A DNA stretch of 64,000 bases. Origin: an uncultured Pseudomonadota bacterium. Its GTDB lineage: Bacteria > Myxococcota_A > Polyangia > Fen-1088. The stretch covers positions 64,001-128,000 of the forward strand of contig CAWKBC010000034.1 of the NCBI GenBank assembly GCA_963847705.1. Direction: 5' to 3'. The translations under genes and the position numbers were made by a program. Shown here in pieces: positions 50,069 to 60,340 of the stretch; position 1 is the stretch's first letter, and each line of letters starts with the position of its first letter. The notes under the pieces were generated by a model. It did not search any database and was not told where the DNA came from. It worked only from the letters and a program-made list of their open reading frames with translations.

Positions 50069-50270
50069 CCATCGTCACCGGCTGCGCCCGGCGAAAAGCG
50101 ATCTCGGCCATGCTTTTTTCCTGACAAGAATGGCCCTGCCGCAACAAGCCGCGCGCCGGGCGACCGCCGACCATCGTGAGGGCCGTGACGGCGGCATTTT
50201 GATCGCAAATGTGCTCCCCACGCTGAAGGTCCCGTCCAGCGCCCCCCATTTCTCTCCTGCGAGGCCCCGC

Positions 50271-51407
50271 ATGAAAACAACCCACCGATCCACCCGTCTC
50301 CTAGGTGTCCTTCTCACGTCGGCCGTTCTGGCGTCGGCGTGCGCCAACTCCGAGACCGGCGGGGACGACGGCACCGGCGGCGCCCCGGCGACCGGCGGCA
50401 GCGGCACCGGCGGCCAGAGCGCAACCGGTGGGGTGACGGGCACCGGCGGCGTGCACAGCACCGGTGGGAACACGGGCACTGGCGGGACGGCGACGGGCGG
50501 GGTCGTGGGGACCGGCGGCAACGGCACCGGCGGCAGCGCGACTGGCGGCAACGGCACTGGCGGCGCGGGGACTGGCGGCAACGGCACCGGTGGCATGGCG
50601 GGCGCCGGGGCCAGCGGTGCGGGCGGCCTGGCCGGTGGCAAGGGGACTGGCGGCAGCGGCAGCGGCACCGGCGGCGCGGCGGGCGCCAAGGGCACGGCCG
50701 GCTCGGCCGGCGGCAGCTCGGGGAGCTACGACCCCTGTCCGACGAACGGCGATCCCTGCAAGGTCCTGCCGCTCGGCGACTCGATCACCTATGGGCTCAT
50801 CACCGTGGCGGCCGACCAGGCGTCGTCCGATCCCAGCGTGAACGGCAAGGACTCGCACGGGGGTTACCGGGTCAAGCTGTTCAGCGACGCGGTGGGCGCC
50901 AGCCACAAGATGACGTTCGTCGGGTCCCAGATGAACGGGCCCACCATGGACGCAGGCATGCCGTTCCCCATGAGTCACGAGGGCTGGAGCGGCTACACCA
51001 TCGCCCAGATCCAGGGGAAGGCGGCCAACGACCTGACGTCCGGAGCCAACATCATCCTGGTGCACGCGGGCACCAACGACACTTACGGGAGCGATCCCTC
51101 CGGCGCGCCGGCGCGCCTCTCGACGCTGGTCGACTACCTGACCACCAATTACCCGAATGCGCTGATCGTCGTCGCCAAGATCATTCCCTATCCCTCGCAG
51201 GCGGCCAACACGAACCTGATCAACAACAGCGTCGCGGCCATGGTGGCGTCGAAGGTCACCGCCGGCAAGCACGTCATCGTGGCCGACCTGAACACCGGCT
51301 TCACCACGTCGACCATGCTGGCCGGGGACGGCGTCCACCCGAACCAGAAGGGCTACGACTGGATGGGCGACACCTGGTACGCCGCGATCAGCGGCTACCT
51401 CCCCTGA
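50271..51407 (+). CDS. SGNH/GDSL hydrolase lipoprotein with (GTGG)n linker
   Basis: LASAC lipobox; PLGDSIT, HEGWSG, GTND, DGVHPN. Confidence 0.92.
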   Translation: MKTTHRSTRLLGVLLTSAVLASACANSETGGDDGTGGAPATGGSGTGGQSATGGVTGTGGVHSTGGNTGTGGTATGGVVGTGGNGTGGSATGGNGTGGAGTGGNGTGGMAGAGASGAGGLAGGKGTGGSGSGTGGAAGAKGTAGSAGGSSGSYDPCPTNGDPCKVLPLGDSITYGLITVAADQASSDPSVNGKDSHGGYRVKLFSDAVGASHKMTFVGSQMNGPTMDAGMPFPMSHEGWSGYTIAQIQGKAANDLTSGANIILVHAGTNDTYGSDPSGAPARLSTLVDYLTTNYPNALIVVAKIIPYPSQAANTNLINNSVAAMVASKVTAGKHVIVADLNTGFTTSTMLAGDGVHPNQKGYDWMGDTWYAAISGYLP

Positions 51408-51434
51408 TCGCCAATCGGTCGACGCGACCAACCC

Positions 51435-52442
51435 TCAACGGCCGAGCACGGCCTTGATGCGATCGATCGACCAGAACGCGGCGAGGCTGCCCATCGCGTA
51501 GATGAGGCCGGGGCGCATCCAGCGGCGCGCCACCCGGAGGCGCCTCGCCAGCCAGCGGAGGCCGACCACGACGGCGATGATGGCCAGCTGGCCCAGCTCG
51601 ACGCCGAGGTTGAAGCAGAGGAGCGCCGTCGGGACGTGTTGCTCGGGCACGCCGAGCTCGAGCAGCGCGGACGCGAAGCCGAGCCCGTGCAAGAGGCCGA
51701 AGGCGAAGGCGACCGCCCAGGGTGCCCGCCGGGTGAGCGAGTCCGCCGGGCGCAGGCACTCGCCGCAGACGAGGACGATGGAGAGAGCGATCGACGCCTC
51801 GACGGGCGGCGACGGGACGCGCACCAGGCCGAGCACCGTGAGCGCCAGGCTGACGCTGTGGGCGAGCGTGAACGCGGTGATGGTGGCCAGGAGCTGCCGC
51901 CCGCGCCGCACCAGCAGCGTGAGCGCGACGACGAAGAGGAGGTGATCGAACCCGGTCAGGATGTGCTCGATGCCGAGGCTGGTGTAGTCGACAATGATTG
52001 GAGCCAGAGCCCACAGGCCGGTCGCCGGAACGCCATAGACCCGCACGCTCGGGGAGCCGGGGCTGGCGACGCGCAGCAGGCGCGTCCCGTTCAGCCATTC
52101 GACGTCGACCATCACGCGGGTCGTGGTCCCCTCGATCCAGGGAAACGCCAGGGTCCCCACCAGGCCCGACGGTCCGCACGCCAGGCGCTCCCCCTCGAGC
52201 CGACAGGGGTCGGGAAAGACCGCGGCGCTCCGGAGATCGTTCTGCATCGTGGGGGAGCTCGCCTGCCAGCGCACGAAAAAGCTCCCGCCGCCGATCTCCT
52301 TCAAAGACAGCGACGCGGAATCGAGCTGGTGGCCGCGCGCGACGCCCGGGGCCAGCGCCCAACCCGCGCACAGGACGATGGCCAGGAGCCGTGCCGGCGC
52401 CGGGCGCACGGGCGTCCGCGTTCCTGTCATCGTCCTCGTCAT
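51435..52442 (-). CDS. HupE/UreJ family membrane protein
   Basis: GIEHILTGFDHLLF, TAFTLAHS, FGLLHGLGFA, FNLGVELGQ. Confidence 0.92.
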   Translation of the reverse strand: MTRTMTGTRTPVRPAPARLLAIVLCAGWALAPGVARGHQLDSASLSLKEIGGGSFFVRWQASSPTMQNDLRSAAVFPDPCRLEGERLACGPSGLVGTLAFPWIEGTTTRVMVDVEWLNGTRLLRVASPGSPSVRVYGVPATGLWALAPIIVDYTSLGIEHILTGFDHLLFVVALTLLVRRGRQLLATITAFTLAHSVSLALTVLGLVRVPSPPVEASIALSIVLVCGECLRPADSLTRRAPWAVAFAFGLLHGLGFASALLELGVPEQHVPTALLCFNLGVELGQLAIIAVVVGLRWLARRLRVARRWMRPGLIYAMGSLAAFWSIDRIKAVLGR

Positions 52443-53269
52443 CGGGCTTCCGGGCGCTCCTCGACGCGGTAGCGATCGACGATCGCCTGCACCGCCTGAT
52501 CGGTCGCCTGCTTGCGCTCGGCGTACAGCCAATCGGCGAGCAGGCGTTTGTGCAGCTCGTCCGCGCTCGGCAAGCCCCCCTCGACCGCATTCACCCAGAC
52601 GAGCAGCAGATCCTTCTCGGTCTGGAATTCTTGCCGCTGTCCGAGGGGGAGGCTCTGAATCCGCGTTGCCAGGTCCGGCCCCAGGCGCTCGGCCAGCTCC
52701 CCGGCGGTCAGGTTGCCGCCCACGATGGGGCGCCCCAGCGTCCGCGGATCGGCGCCCGCCTTCAACGCCTGCTCGTACTTTTCGCGCTCGGCCGAGGCGG
52801 CGCGGTCCGTCTTGGCGAAGGCGACGGTGCCGTAGTCGTAGCGGCGCGGCGTCTCGTACAGGTTCCGGTGGGTGGCGAACCAGGCCTCGAGCTCCGCCTC
52901 CGTCGGTTGGCGCCTGGGGATCGCTTGCGCTTCCCGCGTCCTCACGCTGTCGGCGAGGTACTTGCGAATCGTCGCATCGTTTCGATCCAGGTGGTCGCGC
53001 AGGGCCTCCCGGTAGAGCGCCTCGTCGCGTTCCCACCCGCTCAGCTCTCCCTCGAGCTCGGAGGGGCTGGGTGGGCGTCCGTGGCCGTCGCGAAAGCGCC
53101 GCTCGACCTCCGCCTTCACCCCGGGTGTGACGACGATGACCCGCGGATCTCCCACGATCAGCCGGTGGGCCACGAACAGCAGCGCACCCACCAGGAAGAA
53201 ATGCCCGATCGGCTCGCTCAGGAGGCGCGTCGCCTGCCGTTTCCAGGCGCTCGGAGGGGGACTCACCAT
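52439..53269 (-). CDS. PpiC-like peptidyl-prolyl isomerase-related protein
   Basis: EP..HFF.VGALLF, DEALYREAL...LDRND..IR; the usual partner of HupE/UreJ genes; ATGA overlap. Confidence 0.75.
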   Translation of the reverse strand: MVSPPPSAWKRQATRLLSEPIGHFFLVGALLFVAHRLIVGDPRVIVVTPGVKAEVERRFRDGHGRPPSPSELEGELSGWERDEALYREALRDHLDRNDATIRKYLADSVRTREAQAIPRRQPTEAELEAWFATHRNLYETPRRYDYGTVAFAKTDRAASAEREKYEQALKAGADPRTLGRPIVGGNLTAGELAERLGPDLATRIQSLPLGQRQEFQTEKDLLLVWVNAVEGGLPSADELHKRLLADWLYAERKQATDQAVQAIVDRYRVEERPEAR

Positions 53270-53383
53270 CGTCTCGCCGGTCAACGCCGACGGCGCATTG
53301 TATGCCCCGGACGTTGCGGCGTGTCGGCCGAGATGGTCAACCGGGACCGCGTCGAGGCGGGCGCGCCCGCTTCACCCGCGGGG

Positions 53384-54847
53384 TCAAGGCCCGAGCGTGA
53401 CCGAGCCGGCGTCGAGCGCGATCTCGTAGAACCCATGGTCGTTCCAGGGCAACGCCTGCCCGCCCTGGGTGAGCGTGCCGCCGGCGACGGTCACGCGCAG
53501 GTACTTGCCGGGAGCGAAGTGGCTCGGCTTCGTCCAGGTCCAGGTCTTGCTGGTGCCGGACGTCGTCGTCGTCGCCGCCGAGAAGGCCTTCTGCCCGAGC
53601 CAGTAGGCCGCCACGTCGACGACCTTCCCGATCCACATGTTGCCGAGCCCCTTGGCGTGCGTGATCCCGGCGGTGTAGTCGGAGAGGTTCACGGGCTGGT
53701 ATTCGCCGTCGTCATTGCTGGAGCCGATGAAGCCGTGGACCAGGATGATGCGCCACCCGCCCGCGCTCTGCGCGGTGTCCACCTCCGAGTTGAAGTCGCT
53801 CGCCGGGGCGCCCATCGGCGGGATGTAGCAAGGGAGCGTGAACCGGTCGGTGTTGTCGTTGGGCATCACGATGGCGTCGGACACCCCGCGGTTGGTCATG
53901 AAGAGGCCGCTGGCATAGCCCGTGGGGCCCGCGTAGTCCGAAGCGCCGTTCGGGGCGGCCATCGTGTAGGGCGTGACGCCGTACTTCTGCATGATGAACG
54001 TCGTGTCCTGGGTGATGTCCGAGGCGCCTCCGGGCGGCGTGCTCTGGTGGCTCCAGGTGTGGTTGCCGATCTCGTGCCCGTCCTTGACGGCTTGCGTCCA
54101 CACGGCGTTCGACGCCTCGGTCCTGTTGCCCCACATGTAGAAGGTGTACGGGATGCCCTGCGCTTGCAGGGTGCTGTAGTCCGCGATCTGCGAGTCGTTG
54201 TCGTCGTCCAGGCTGTACGAGACGGCGCCCTTGAACCCGGCCCAGTTCAGGACGGTGATGTTGCCCGGCGTTCCCGAGGGCTTCGCCATGCCGCCCGCGC
54301 CGGGAGGCAGTGGCAGCCCGGACGCCGGAGGGGCGGAGGTGCCGCCGGTCCCCGTCGTGCCACCCGTGCTCGCTGTGCCACCGGTGCCGGTCGTGCCGCC
54401 CGTGGTTGTCGTGCCGCCGGTGCCCGGTTTGCCCGCGGCGCCGCCGGTCCCCGTCGCGCCACCCGTGCTCGTCGTGCCGCCGGTCCCGGTCGTGCCGCCC
54501 GTTCCGACCGTGCCGCCGGTCCCCTTGGTGCCGCCCGTACCGCCGGTCCCCGTGGTGCCACCGGTTGCGACCGCGCCGCCGGTGCCGATCGTGCCGCCGG
54601 TGCCCTTCGTGCCACCGGTGCTCGTCGTCTGGCCGCCGGTGCCGGTCGTGCCGCCCGTGCTCGTCGTCTGGCCGCCGGTGCCGGTCGTGCCGCCGGTGCC
54701 GGTCGTCCCCCCCGAGCCGCTTCCGCCGGTGCCGCCCGTATCCACGGTGCCGGGATCCGCGCAGGCGAGCGCGCCGCACAGGAGCGCGGTCAGAACGGTG
54801 AAACGCGCAGACTTTGCCAAACGTGGTCGGGGCATGCTGGGGGGCAT
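53384..54847 (-). CDS. polysaccharide deacetylase (NodB-like) lipoprotein with long (TGGT/TGTGG)n linker
   Basis: ALAC lipobox; SYSLDD, GHEIGNHTWSH, ILVHG; start at 54847 or 54835. Confidence 0.88.
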   Translation of the reverse strand: MPPSMPRPRLAKSARFTVLTALLCGALACADPGTVDTGGTGGSGSGGTTGTGGTTGTGGQTTSTGGTTGTGGQTTSTGGTKGTGGTIGTGGAVATGGTTGTGGTGGTKGTGGTVGTGGTTGTGGTTSTGGATGTGGAAGKPGTGGTTTTGGTTGTGGTASTGGTTGTGGTSAPPASGLPLPPGAGGMAKPSGTPGNITVLNWAGFKGAVSYSLDDDNDSQIADYSTLQAQGIPYTFYMWGNRTEASNAVWTQAVKDGHEIGNHTWSHQSTPPGGASDITQDTTFIMQKYGVTPYTMAAPNGASDYAGPTGYASGLFMTNRGVSDAIVMPNDNTDRFTLPCYIPPMGAPASDFNSEVDTAQSAGGWRIILVHGFIGSSNDDGEYQPVNLSDYTAGITHAKGLGNMWIGKVVDVAAYWLGQKAFSAATTTTSGTSKTWTWTKPSHFAPGKYLRVTVAGGTLTQGGQALPWNDHGFYEIALDAGSVTLGP

Positions 54848-54993
54848 GGTGACAGGCTCACACGGAGCGACGCCTGCGTCTTTGCATCCCTGGCGCGCAG
54901 CTCTCATTTGTGGCGCTCCCCGATGGGACCCCATCGGCATCTTGGTCCCCCGAATGAAGCGCGCGGTCAGCCGTCGGTCGCGGCGCCGCCTGC

Positions 54994-56511
54994 TCAACCG
55001 GGCGCGGCGCTGCGCGTCGGCCCGGGGCGCAGCACGTAGAGATCGCGCGGGCGGCGCGCCGTGTCGGGCTTGGGAGGCGGCGGCAGCCGCATCTGGTAGC
55101 GCACCGGTCGCCGGTGGTCGGCGATCTGCCGTTGCGGGTTGAACACGCTGTTGAACCGCCAGAGCATGCGCACGAAGTTCGTCTGTCCGCGGGCGAGCAG
55201 CTTGGCGGCCAGCACCGCCGTGTCCTTGAGCGCCGACAGCCCCAGGTGCTTCATGTTCAGCACCTGCTGCGTCTTGACCAGCTCGGCGTAGAAGCGTTCG
55301 AGCGGCAGCCGCGTCGGCATGACCGCGTGCTGGATGTCGAACAGCCGGTAGTCGCGCGTCGCCAGCAGGTGTCCCTGCTCGAGAAACGTCTCGGTGCCCG
55401 GATAGGGCGTGTTGACGCTGATGTTCACGATCTCGGGGATCGACAGCGCCCACTCGCGGATGACCCGGAAGCGATTTTCGTCCCAGTCGGTGTCGGCGAT
55501 GATGTTGATCGCCACCGTGACGCCGAGCGAGCGCGCCAGCTCCAGGGCCTCGAAGTTCTCCGACAGCTTGACCCGCTTGCGGTGCGCCTTCAGCCCCTCC
55601 TCGTCGACCGCCTCGACGCCCAGGAACATGTACTCGAGCCCGAGCCGCTTCCAGTACCGGAACACCTCCTGGTTGCGCACCAGCACGTCCCCGCGCGTCT
55701 CCAGGTAGTACTTCTTGCGGATCTTGCGCCGCTCGATCTCGCGCCCGATGGCGTACCCGTGCTCCTCGTGAATGAAGGCCACGTCGTCGACGATGAACAC
55801 GCCGGGCTCGGCGATCCGTTCCAGCTCGGCCCCGATGCGCTCGGGATCGCGCTGCCGGTGGCTGCGGCCGTAGAACGTCCAGGCGCTGCAGAACGAGCAG
55901 TCCCAGGGACAGCCGCGCGAGAACTCGATCGACGCCGCCGGGTCGAGCACGCCGATGAAATACTTCCGCCGTTGCGGCAGCAGATCGCGCGCCGGCATCA
56001 GCGTGTTCAGATCCTTCACCATCTGGGGCGGCGGCCCCTCGCCGGCCACGGTCAGAAGGCCAGGGAGCGCGATCAGCGCGGCAGGATCGCGCCCCGCCTC
56101 CAGCACGCGCGGGAAGATCTCCTCGCCCTCTCCGCGGATGACGCAATCGATCGCCCCTTCGGCGTGCGCCAGGATCTCCGCCGCCGTGAACGAGGCGCTG
56201 TGCCCGCCCACCACGAAAAGCACCTCGGGCAGCCGCCGGCGCGTCTCCTTGGCGAGATCGATCACCTCCGGAATGTTCGCCAGATAGTTGACCCCGAACG
56301 CCACCGCGTCGGGGGCCCAGTCCTTGAGCGTCCTGAAGTAGTCGGCGTGCGAGAAGACCTGCAGGTCCAGGATGCGAACCTGGTGCCCGGCCTGCCGGGC
56401 CGCGGCTGCCACCAGCTCCACCCCCAGCGGCTCGAGCCGGAGATAGATCTCCGTGTACATGAGCCCGGTCGGGTGACAACAAAGAACCTTCAGGGACCGC
56501 TTCGAGCGCAC
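54994..56511 (-). CDS. hpnR: hopanoid C-3 methylase (B12-dependent radical SAM)
   Basis: HP..LMY.EI.LRLEPLG.E N-terminus, RGCPWDCSFC, FDIQHAV.PT.LPL..FY.ELV.TQ. Confidence 0.88.
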   Translation of the reverse strand: MRSKRSLKVLCCHPTGLMYTEIYLRLEPLGVELVAAAARQAGHQVRILDLQVFSHADYFRTLKDWAPDAVAFGVNYLANIPEVIDLAKETRRRLPEVLFVVGGHSASFTAAEILAHAEGAIDCVIRGEGEEIFPRVLEAGRDPAALIALPGLLTVAGEGPPPQMVKDLNTLMPARDLLPQRRKYFIGVLDPAASIEFSRGCPWDCSFCSAWTFYGRSHRQRDPERIGAELERIAEPGVFIVDDVAFIHEEHGYAIGREIERRKIRKKYYLETRGDVLVRNQEVFRYWKRLGLEYMFLGVEAVDEEGLKAHRKRVKLSENFEALELARSLGVTVAINIIADTDWDENRFRVIREWALSIPEIVNISVNTPYPGTETFLEQGHLLATRDYRLFDIQHAVMPTRLPLERFYAELVKTQQVLNMKHLGLSALKDTAVLAAKLLARGQTNFVRMLWRFNSVFNPQRQIADHRRPVRYQMRLPPPPKPDTARRPRDLYVLRPGPTRSAAPG

Positions 56512-56778
56512 GGGTAGCAGTTAGGTTCTGCCCGAGGCTGCGCAACCCCAGATCGATGATTCTGGGACGTCGCCCGCCCGCGACCTACAGAGAGCTCCTC
56601 AGGGGCGGACGTTCCATCGAGGGACCAGGCCTACTCCGCCCCATGCAGGAAGTTCGATTCTTGGGGTCACCGGCAGCAACGGGCCTCACGGCGGTCGGAC
56701 GGTGCAACTCGTTCTACAGCTGCGACCAGAGCGGCGTCCCGGTGACGGAGTGAGGGGCGCCGCGAAAGATGCGAAGGC

Positions 56779-57978
56779 CTAGGTGCCGGGGCAGTTGTCG
56801 ATGCAGATGGTCACGCCCGCGCAGGCGTAGATGAACTGAAAGCTGGTGTAGGTGCCGTTCTGCAGCTCGTCGCAGGCCGTGCCGTTGAGGACGATGTTGG
56901 CCTTGGTCGCGTCGAAGGACCAACCGTTGGTGGGATCCTGCATGATCTCGACGCGGGCGCCGGTGGGGTCCTGGGCCGACACCGCCACGTTGTCCAGGTT
57001 CGACGGCGCCCCGGCCAGCGAGACCTTGCAGGAGGCCACGATTCCCAGGATGGAGTCGAGGGCGGTCACCAGGCTGGCCGAGTCCGTCACCGCATAGTAC
57101 TGCGTCGCCGCGTTCGCCTGCGGCTCGCCCCCGGCGACCGCCATCGCGTTGAGCGCGTTGGTGGCGCCCACATCGGTCGTCGTCGCGATGCCGACGACGA
57201 AGGTGGGAAAGCCGGCCGTGAACGCGTTGGCCACCGCCATCTCGGCGCCGGTGTCGTCGTTGTTGTTGAGGGTCGCGGCGCCGTTGGGACAGTTCGGCTC
57301 GCCGTCTGTCGCCAGCAGGAGGTATTTCGGGTTGGGGTCGGTGAGCGTCTTCATGTAAGCGACGGCGCTCTTCATGACGGCCGCCGTCGGGGTCCCGGGC
57401 TGGCCGGTGAAGGTGTTGGCGGCGAACGCCCCCGAGATGTCGTTGTAGCCGGACGGCTCGATCATCACGGCGGGATTGGCGCTGACACCGCACGCAGCGG
57501 TCTCGTCCCCCAGCCAGTAGAGCCCCCAGTTGACCGAGGAATCGGTCTGCCCGAGGACGGTGTTGAGCGCGCTGGTCGTCTGGGACCACTTCGACGCCGC
57601 TCCACAGTTCCCGTCTCCCGAGGCGCTGCCGCCCGGGCAGGCCATGTCGTTGGTGTTGTCGGTCATCGAGAGCGAGCGGTCCTGGACGATCAGGATGTCG
57701 GGCGGAAGCGGCATGATGTCGATGTTGGTCTGGCCGCAGCTGGTTCCGCCCGAGCCCGTGAGGCCGACGTCGCCGCCGCTGCCGGAAAGGTCGCCACCCG
57801 CGCCGCCGCCGCTCGAGAGGCCGACGCCGCCCGCGCCGCTGCCGGTGAGGCCGGCGCCGCCGCTGCCCGTTTCGCTCCCTCCGGCGCCCGTGAGCTGGCC
57901 CGCAGGCCCGGGGCTGAACCCGCAACCGGCTGCCGACGCAGCCAAAACCAAACCTAAGACAATGCCCAGCCGAACCAT
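56779..57978 (-). CDS. VWA-domain lipoprotein
   Basis: AAGC lipobox, Gly/Ser linker, MIDAS elements DRSLS, TPT, ATDG. Confidence 0.88.
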   Translation of the reverse strand: MVRLGIVLGLVLAASAAGCGFSPGPAGQLTGAGGSETGSGGAGLTGSGAGGVGLSSGGGAGGDLSGSGGDVGLTGSGGTSCGQTNIDIMPLPPDILIVQDRSLSMTDNTNDMACPGGSASGDGNCGAASKWSQTTSALNTVLGQTDSSVNWGLYWLGDETAACGVSANPAVMIEPSGYNDISGAFAANTFTGQPGTPTAAVMKSAVAYMKTLTDPNPKYLLLATDGEPNCPNGAATLNNNDDTGAEMAVANAFTAGFPTFVVGIATTTDVGATNALNAMAVAGGEPQANAATQYYAVTDSASLVTALDSILGIVASCKVSLAGAPSNLDNVAVSAQDPTGARVEIMQDPTNGWSFDATKANIVLNGTACDELQNGTYTSFQFIYACAGVTICIDNCPGT

Positions 57979-58088
57979 TTCACGACCTCCAATAACGGAA
58001 AAGCACACCGCCCACCACAGATGCACCCATGTAGGCAGTGACGCCTGCAAGGAGTTCAGCTCAAACAATCGACGGGCGGACAGGCGGC

Positions 58089-59018
58089 CTACGGGCGGGT
58101 CTGCGCGAAGGTGTCGCAGTCGGCCGGATCGCCCGAGCGCATCCCGGCGGTGAACCAGTGCTGGCGCGCGGCCGCGGAGCCGTGGGTGAAGGTCTCGGGC
58201 GTGACATAGCCGCGCGTCTGCTTCTGGATCCGGTCGTCGCCGATCGCCGCCGCCGCGTCGAGCGCGTCGGCGATCTCCTGCTCGGCCACCTTCCCGTTGG
58301 CGTAAGCGGCGTGACCCCAGACGCCCGCGTAACAGTCGGCCTGCAGCTCGAGGCGCACCGACAGGGGGCGCCGCTGGCTGGGATTCTGCTCCTGCAGCTC
58401 CCGCACGCGCCGCTCGGTGCCGTCCAGATCCTGGATGTGATGGCCGTACTCGTGCGCCACCACGTAGGCCTGGGCGAAGTCTCCGCCGCGGGCGCCGAAC
58501 CGCTGCGTCAGCTCGCGAAAGAAGCCGAGGTCGAGATAGACGCGCTTGTCGAGCGGACAGTAGAACGGGCCAGTGTCGGCGCTGGCCACGCCGCACCCGC
58601 TCCGGGTCGCCTCGGTGAACAGCACCAGCTTGGCCGGCTCATAGCTCGGCGCGCCGCCCGAGGCCGACAGCTTGTGCCGCCAGAACGACTGCACGTTGCT
58701 CTCGACGCAGACGATGAACTTGGCGGGATCAGTCCGCGCGTCGACGCCGCGGCAGCTCCCCGAAAGGTTGGAGGGCTGGTCTGCGACGCCCGGCTCGGTT
58801 TGCGCGCCGGGATCCTGCTGCGCTTGTTCGATCGCGCGCGTCAGCTGCCCCGCCGTGGGGCTCCCGTTGTCGGCCATGACCCGCAGCACGAGATAGATGA
58901 CGCCGCCGACGAGGCCGAGGCCGCCCACGCCGGCGCCGGCCCGCCCGCCCGGAAAGCGCGAGCTGCGACGGTCTTCGACTTCCGACGGATCCGCCCTGTC
59001 CGAGTCGTCGAATTTCAC
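58089..59018 (-). CDS. neutral zinc metallopeptidase (YpfJ-like)
   Basis: VEDRR, GPFYCP.D, AHEYGHHIQ, ELQADC, FTHGS. Confidence 0.93.
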   Translation of the reverse strand: MKFDDSDRADPSEVEDRRSSRFPGGRAGAGVGGLGLVGGVIYLVLRVMADNGSPTAGQLTRAIEQAQQDPGAQTEPGVADQPSNLSGSCRGVDARTDPAKFIVCVESNVQSFWRHKLSASGGAPSYEPAKLVLFTEATRSGCGVASADTGPFYCPLDKRVYLDLGFFRELTQRFGARGGDFAQAYVVAHEYGHHIQDLDGTERRVRELQEQNPSQRRPLSVRLELQADCYAGVWGHAAYANGKVAEQEIADALDAAAAIGDDRIQKQTRGYVTPETFTHGSAAARQHWFTAGMRSGDPADCDTFAQTRP

Positions 59019-59305
59019 CGCCTCAGCATGTGCCGCCGGGCGGCAGACCGCCACGTGTCGGGGGATGAAAATACGCGACGACCACTTGCCCCGGGGCAGT
59101 CGGTCGGCGGCGAGGCGCTGGCAAGTCTTGGTAAGCTCGCCGCCGGTGTCGGAGTCCGGGCTTCAGCGTTCGCGTTTGCGCCGGTCATGACGGCGAGCGG
59201 GGACCGCTCGGCGGGCGCGAACGGGAGATCGGCGAGGCCACCGGCGCGCTGGAGGGGCCGCCGGCGGACGCGGCCGGCTGCCCCCGCCTTTTTTGCGTGT
59301 CTCGC

Positions 59306-59863
59306 TCAAAGCCCCATGGGCACGCTCTCGGCGGGGGTCACTCGTTGTAACCGGCGCTCGAGAGTCTCCAGTCGCGCGCGCAGCGCTGGCTCCACTTCGG
59401 CCCGGATCACCACCGCGGGCCGGGACGACTCGAACATCGTGACCATGGCGTCACAGGTCTCGTCATTGGCGATCAAGACCAGCGCAGAGCTGTCGCGGGG
59501 CAAGGCCTTCTTGACGTCGTCCAGGTGAAACAGCCGTTGCTCGGCCTCGCTCCCCAACGACTTGTTCGCCGTCTCCCCCTCGGCCGCCGCGAACATCGCG
59601 CCGAAGGGGCCGGCCAGGGCCGAGACGTAGTAACCGGTCAGCCCACCGAGCTCCGAGGCGGCCTCGGCGAGCTCCCCCTCGTGAAACGTCGCCGCCTCCC
59701 CGTCGGGGAACGTGACCCCCACCCTCACGCGTCCCAGGCGCGGCCGCGCGATCGCTCCGACCTCGAGCAGCCAGCGATTCTTCTCGCCTTCCAGCTCGAG
59801 CACCTCGGCGTAAGCGTCATCGGCGGCCTGACTTCCCTTGAACCCAAGAATGCAGATCTCCAT
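59306..59863 (-). CDS. hypothetical protein (DUF1269-like)
   Basis: GGAGG RBS; Gly-zipper-like middle and L...SSALV segment. Confidence 0.6.
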   Translation of the reverse strand: MEICILGFKGSQAADDAYAEVLELEGEKNRWLLEVGAIARPRLGRVRVGVTFPDGEAATFHEGELAEAASELGGLTGYYVSALAGPFGAMFAAAEGETANKSLGSEAEQRLFHLDDVKKALPRDSSALVLIANDETCDAMVTMFESSRPAVVIRAEVEPALRARLETLERRLQRVTPAESVPMGL

Positions 59864-59908
59864 GGAGCCTCCTCCGTGCTTGCGCCGGCAATTCCTACCC
59901 GCCTGTCG

Positions 59909-60340
59909 TCAACGGGGCTGCGCCGCGGCGGACACGGCCGATTCAGCCTCCAGCCGCGCCGCCACCGCCTCGTAGACAGCCTGTTCCGCCTCCTCGAAGT
60001 CGTCCACGACCGCGCTCACCATGTCGAGCGCATAGTCCTTGGCACGTTCAGCGCGCACCTCGAGCTTGTCGAGCTCGCGCCGCTCCTTCCAGGAAGCGAT
60101 CGCCTCTCGCGTGTGCGCCACCTTCTCCGATTGCCAGCGCGCGATGTCGAACCGGCGTTGCCGCGCGCGCTCCTTCTGCTCAGCGATCCGGGCCCGGATG
60201 TCGTTCCGGTGCTCCTCAAGCGCGGCCATGTCCTCCTCGTGGATGCTCGACAGGTCACTCTTGAGCGCCTCGAGCTTCGCGCGCGCCGCATCGATCTGCT
60301 GCGAGATCTCCTGCTTCAGATTGGCTGTTTCAGGTGCCAT
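59909..60340 (-). CDS. coiled-coil hypothetical protein
   Basis: GGAG RBS; helical E/A/R-rich sequence, AERAKDYA...A..D.EEAE.AV.EA. Confidence 0.7.
   Translation of the reverse strand: MAPETANLKQEISQQIDAARAKLEALKSDLSSIHEEDMAALEEHRNDIRARIAEQKERARQRRFDIARWQSEKVAHTREAIASWKERRELDKLEVRAERAKDYALDMVSAVVDDFEEAEQAVYEAVAARLEAESAVSAAAQPR

Noticed and set aside
50192-50208. Sigma54 -24/-12 promoter (CGGCATTTTGATCGCA) before the SGNH gene
   Set aside because: GG-N10-GC spacing is right, but the match to TGGCACG-N4-TTGC is too weak to call.
53384-56545. 1053-aa ORF as an hpnR-deacetylase fusion
   Set aside because: The upstream part is an alternate frame of hpnR (Arg/Gly/Ala-rich shadow); the lipoprotein starts at about 54847.
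56512-56778. Cobalamin riboswitch or other ncRNA upstream of hpnR; 65-aa ORF 56556-56753
   Set aside because: No B12-box or GGGAA/GCCACTG core on the minus strand; the small ORF has no clear RBS or recognisable motif.
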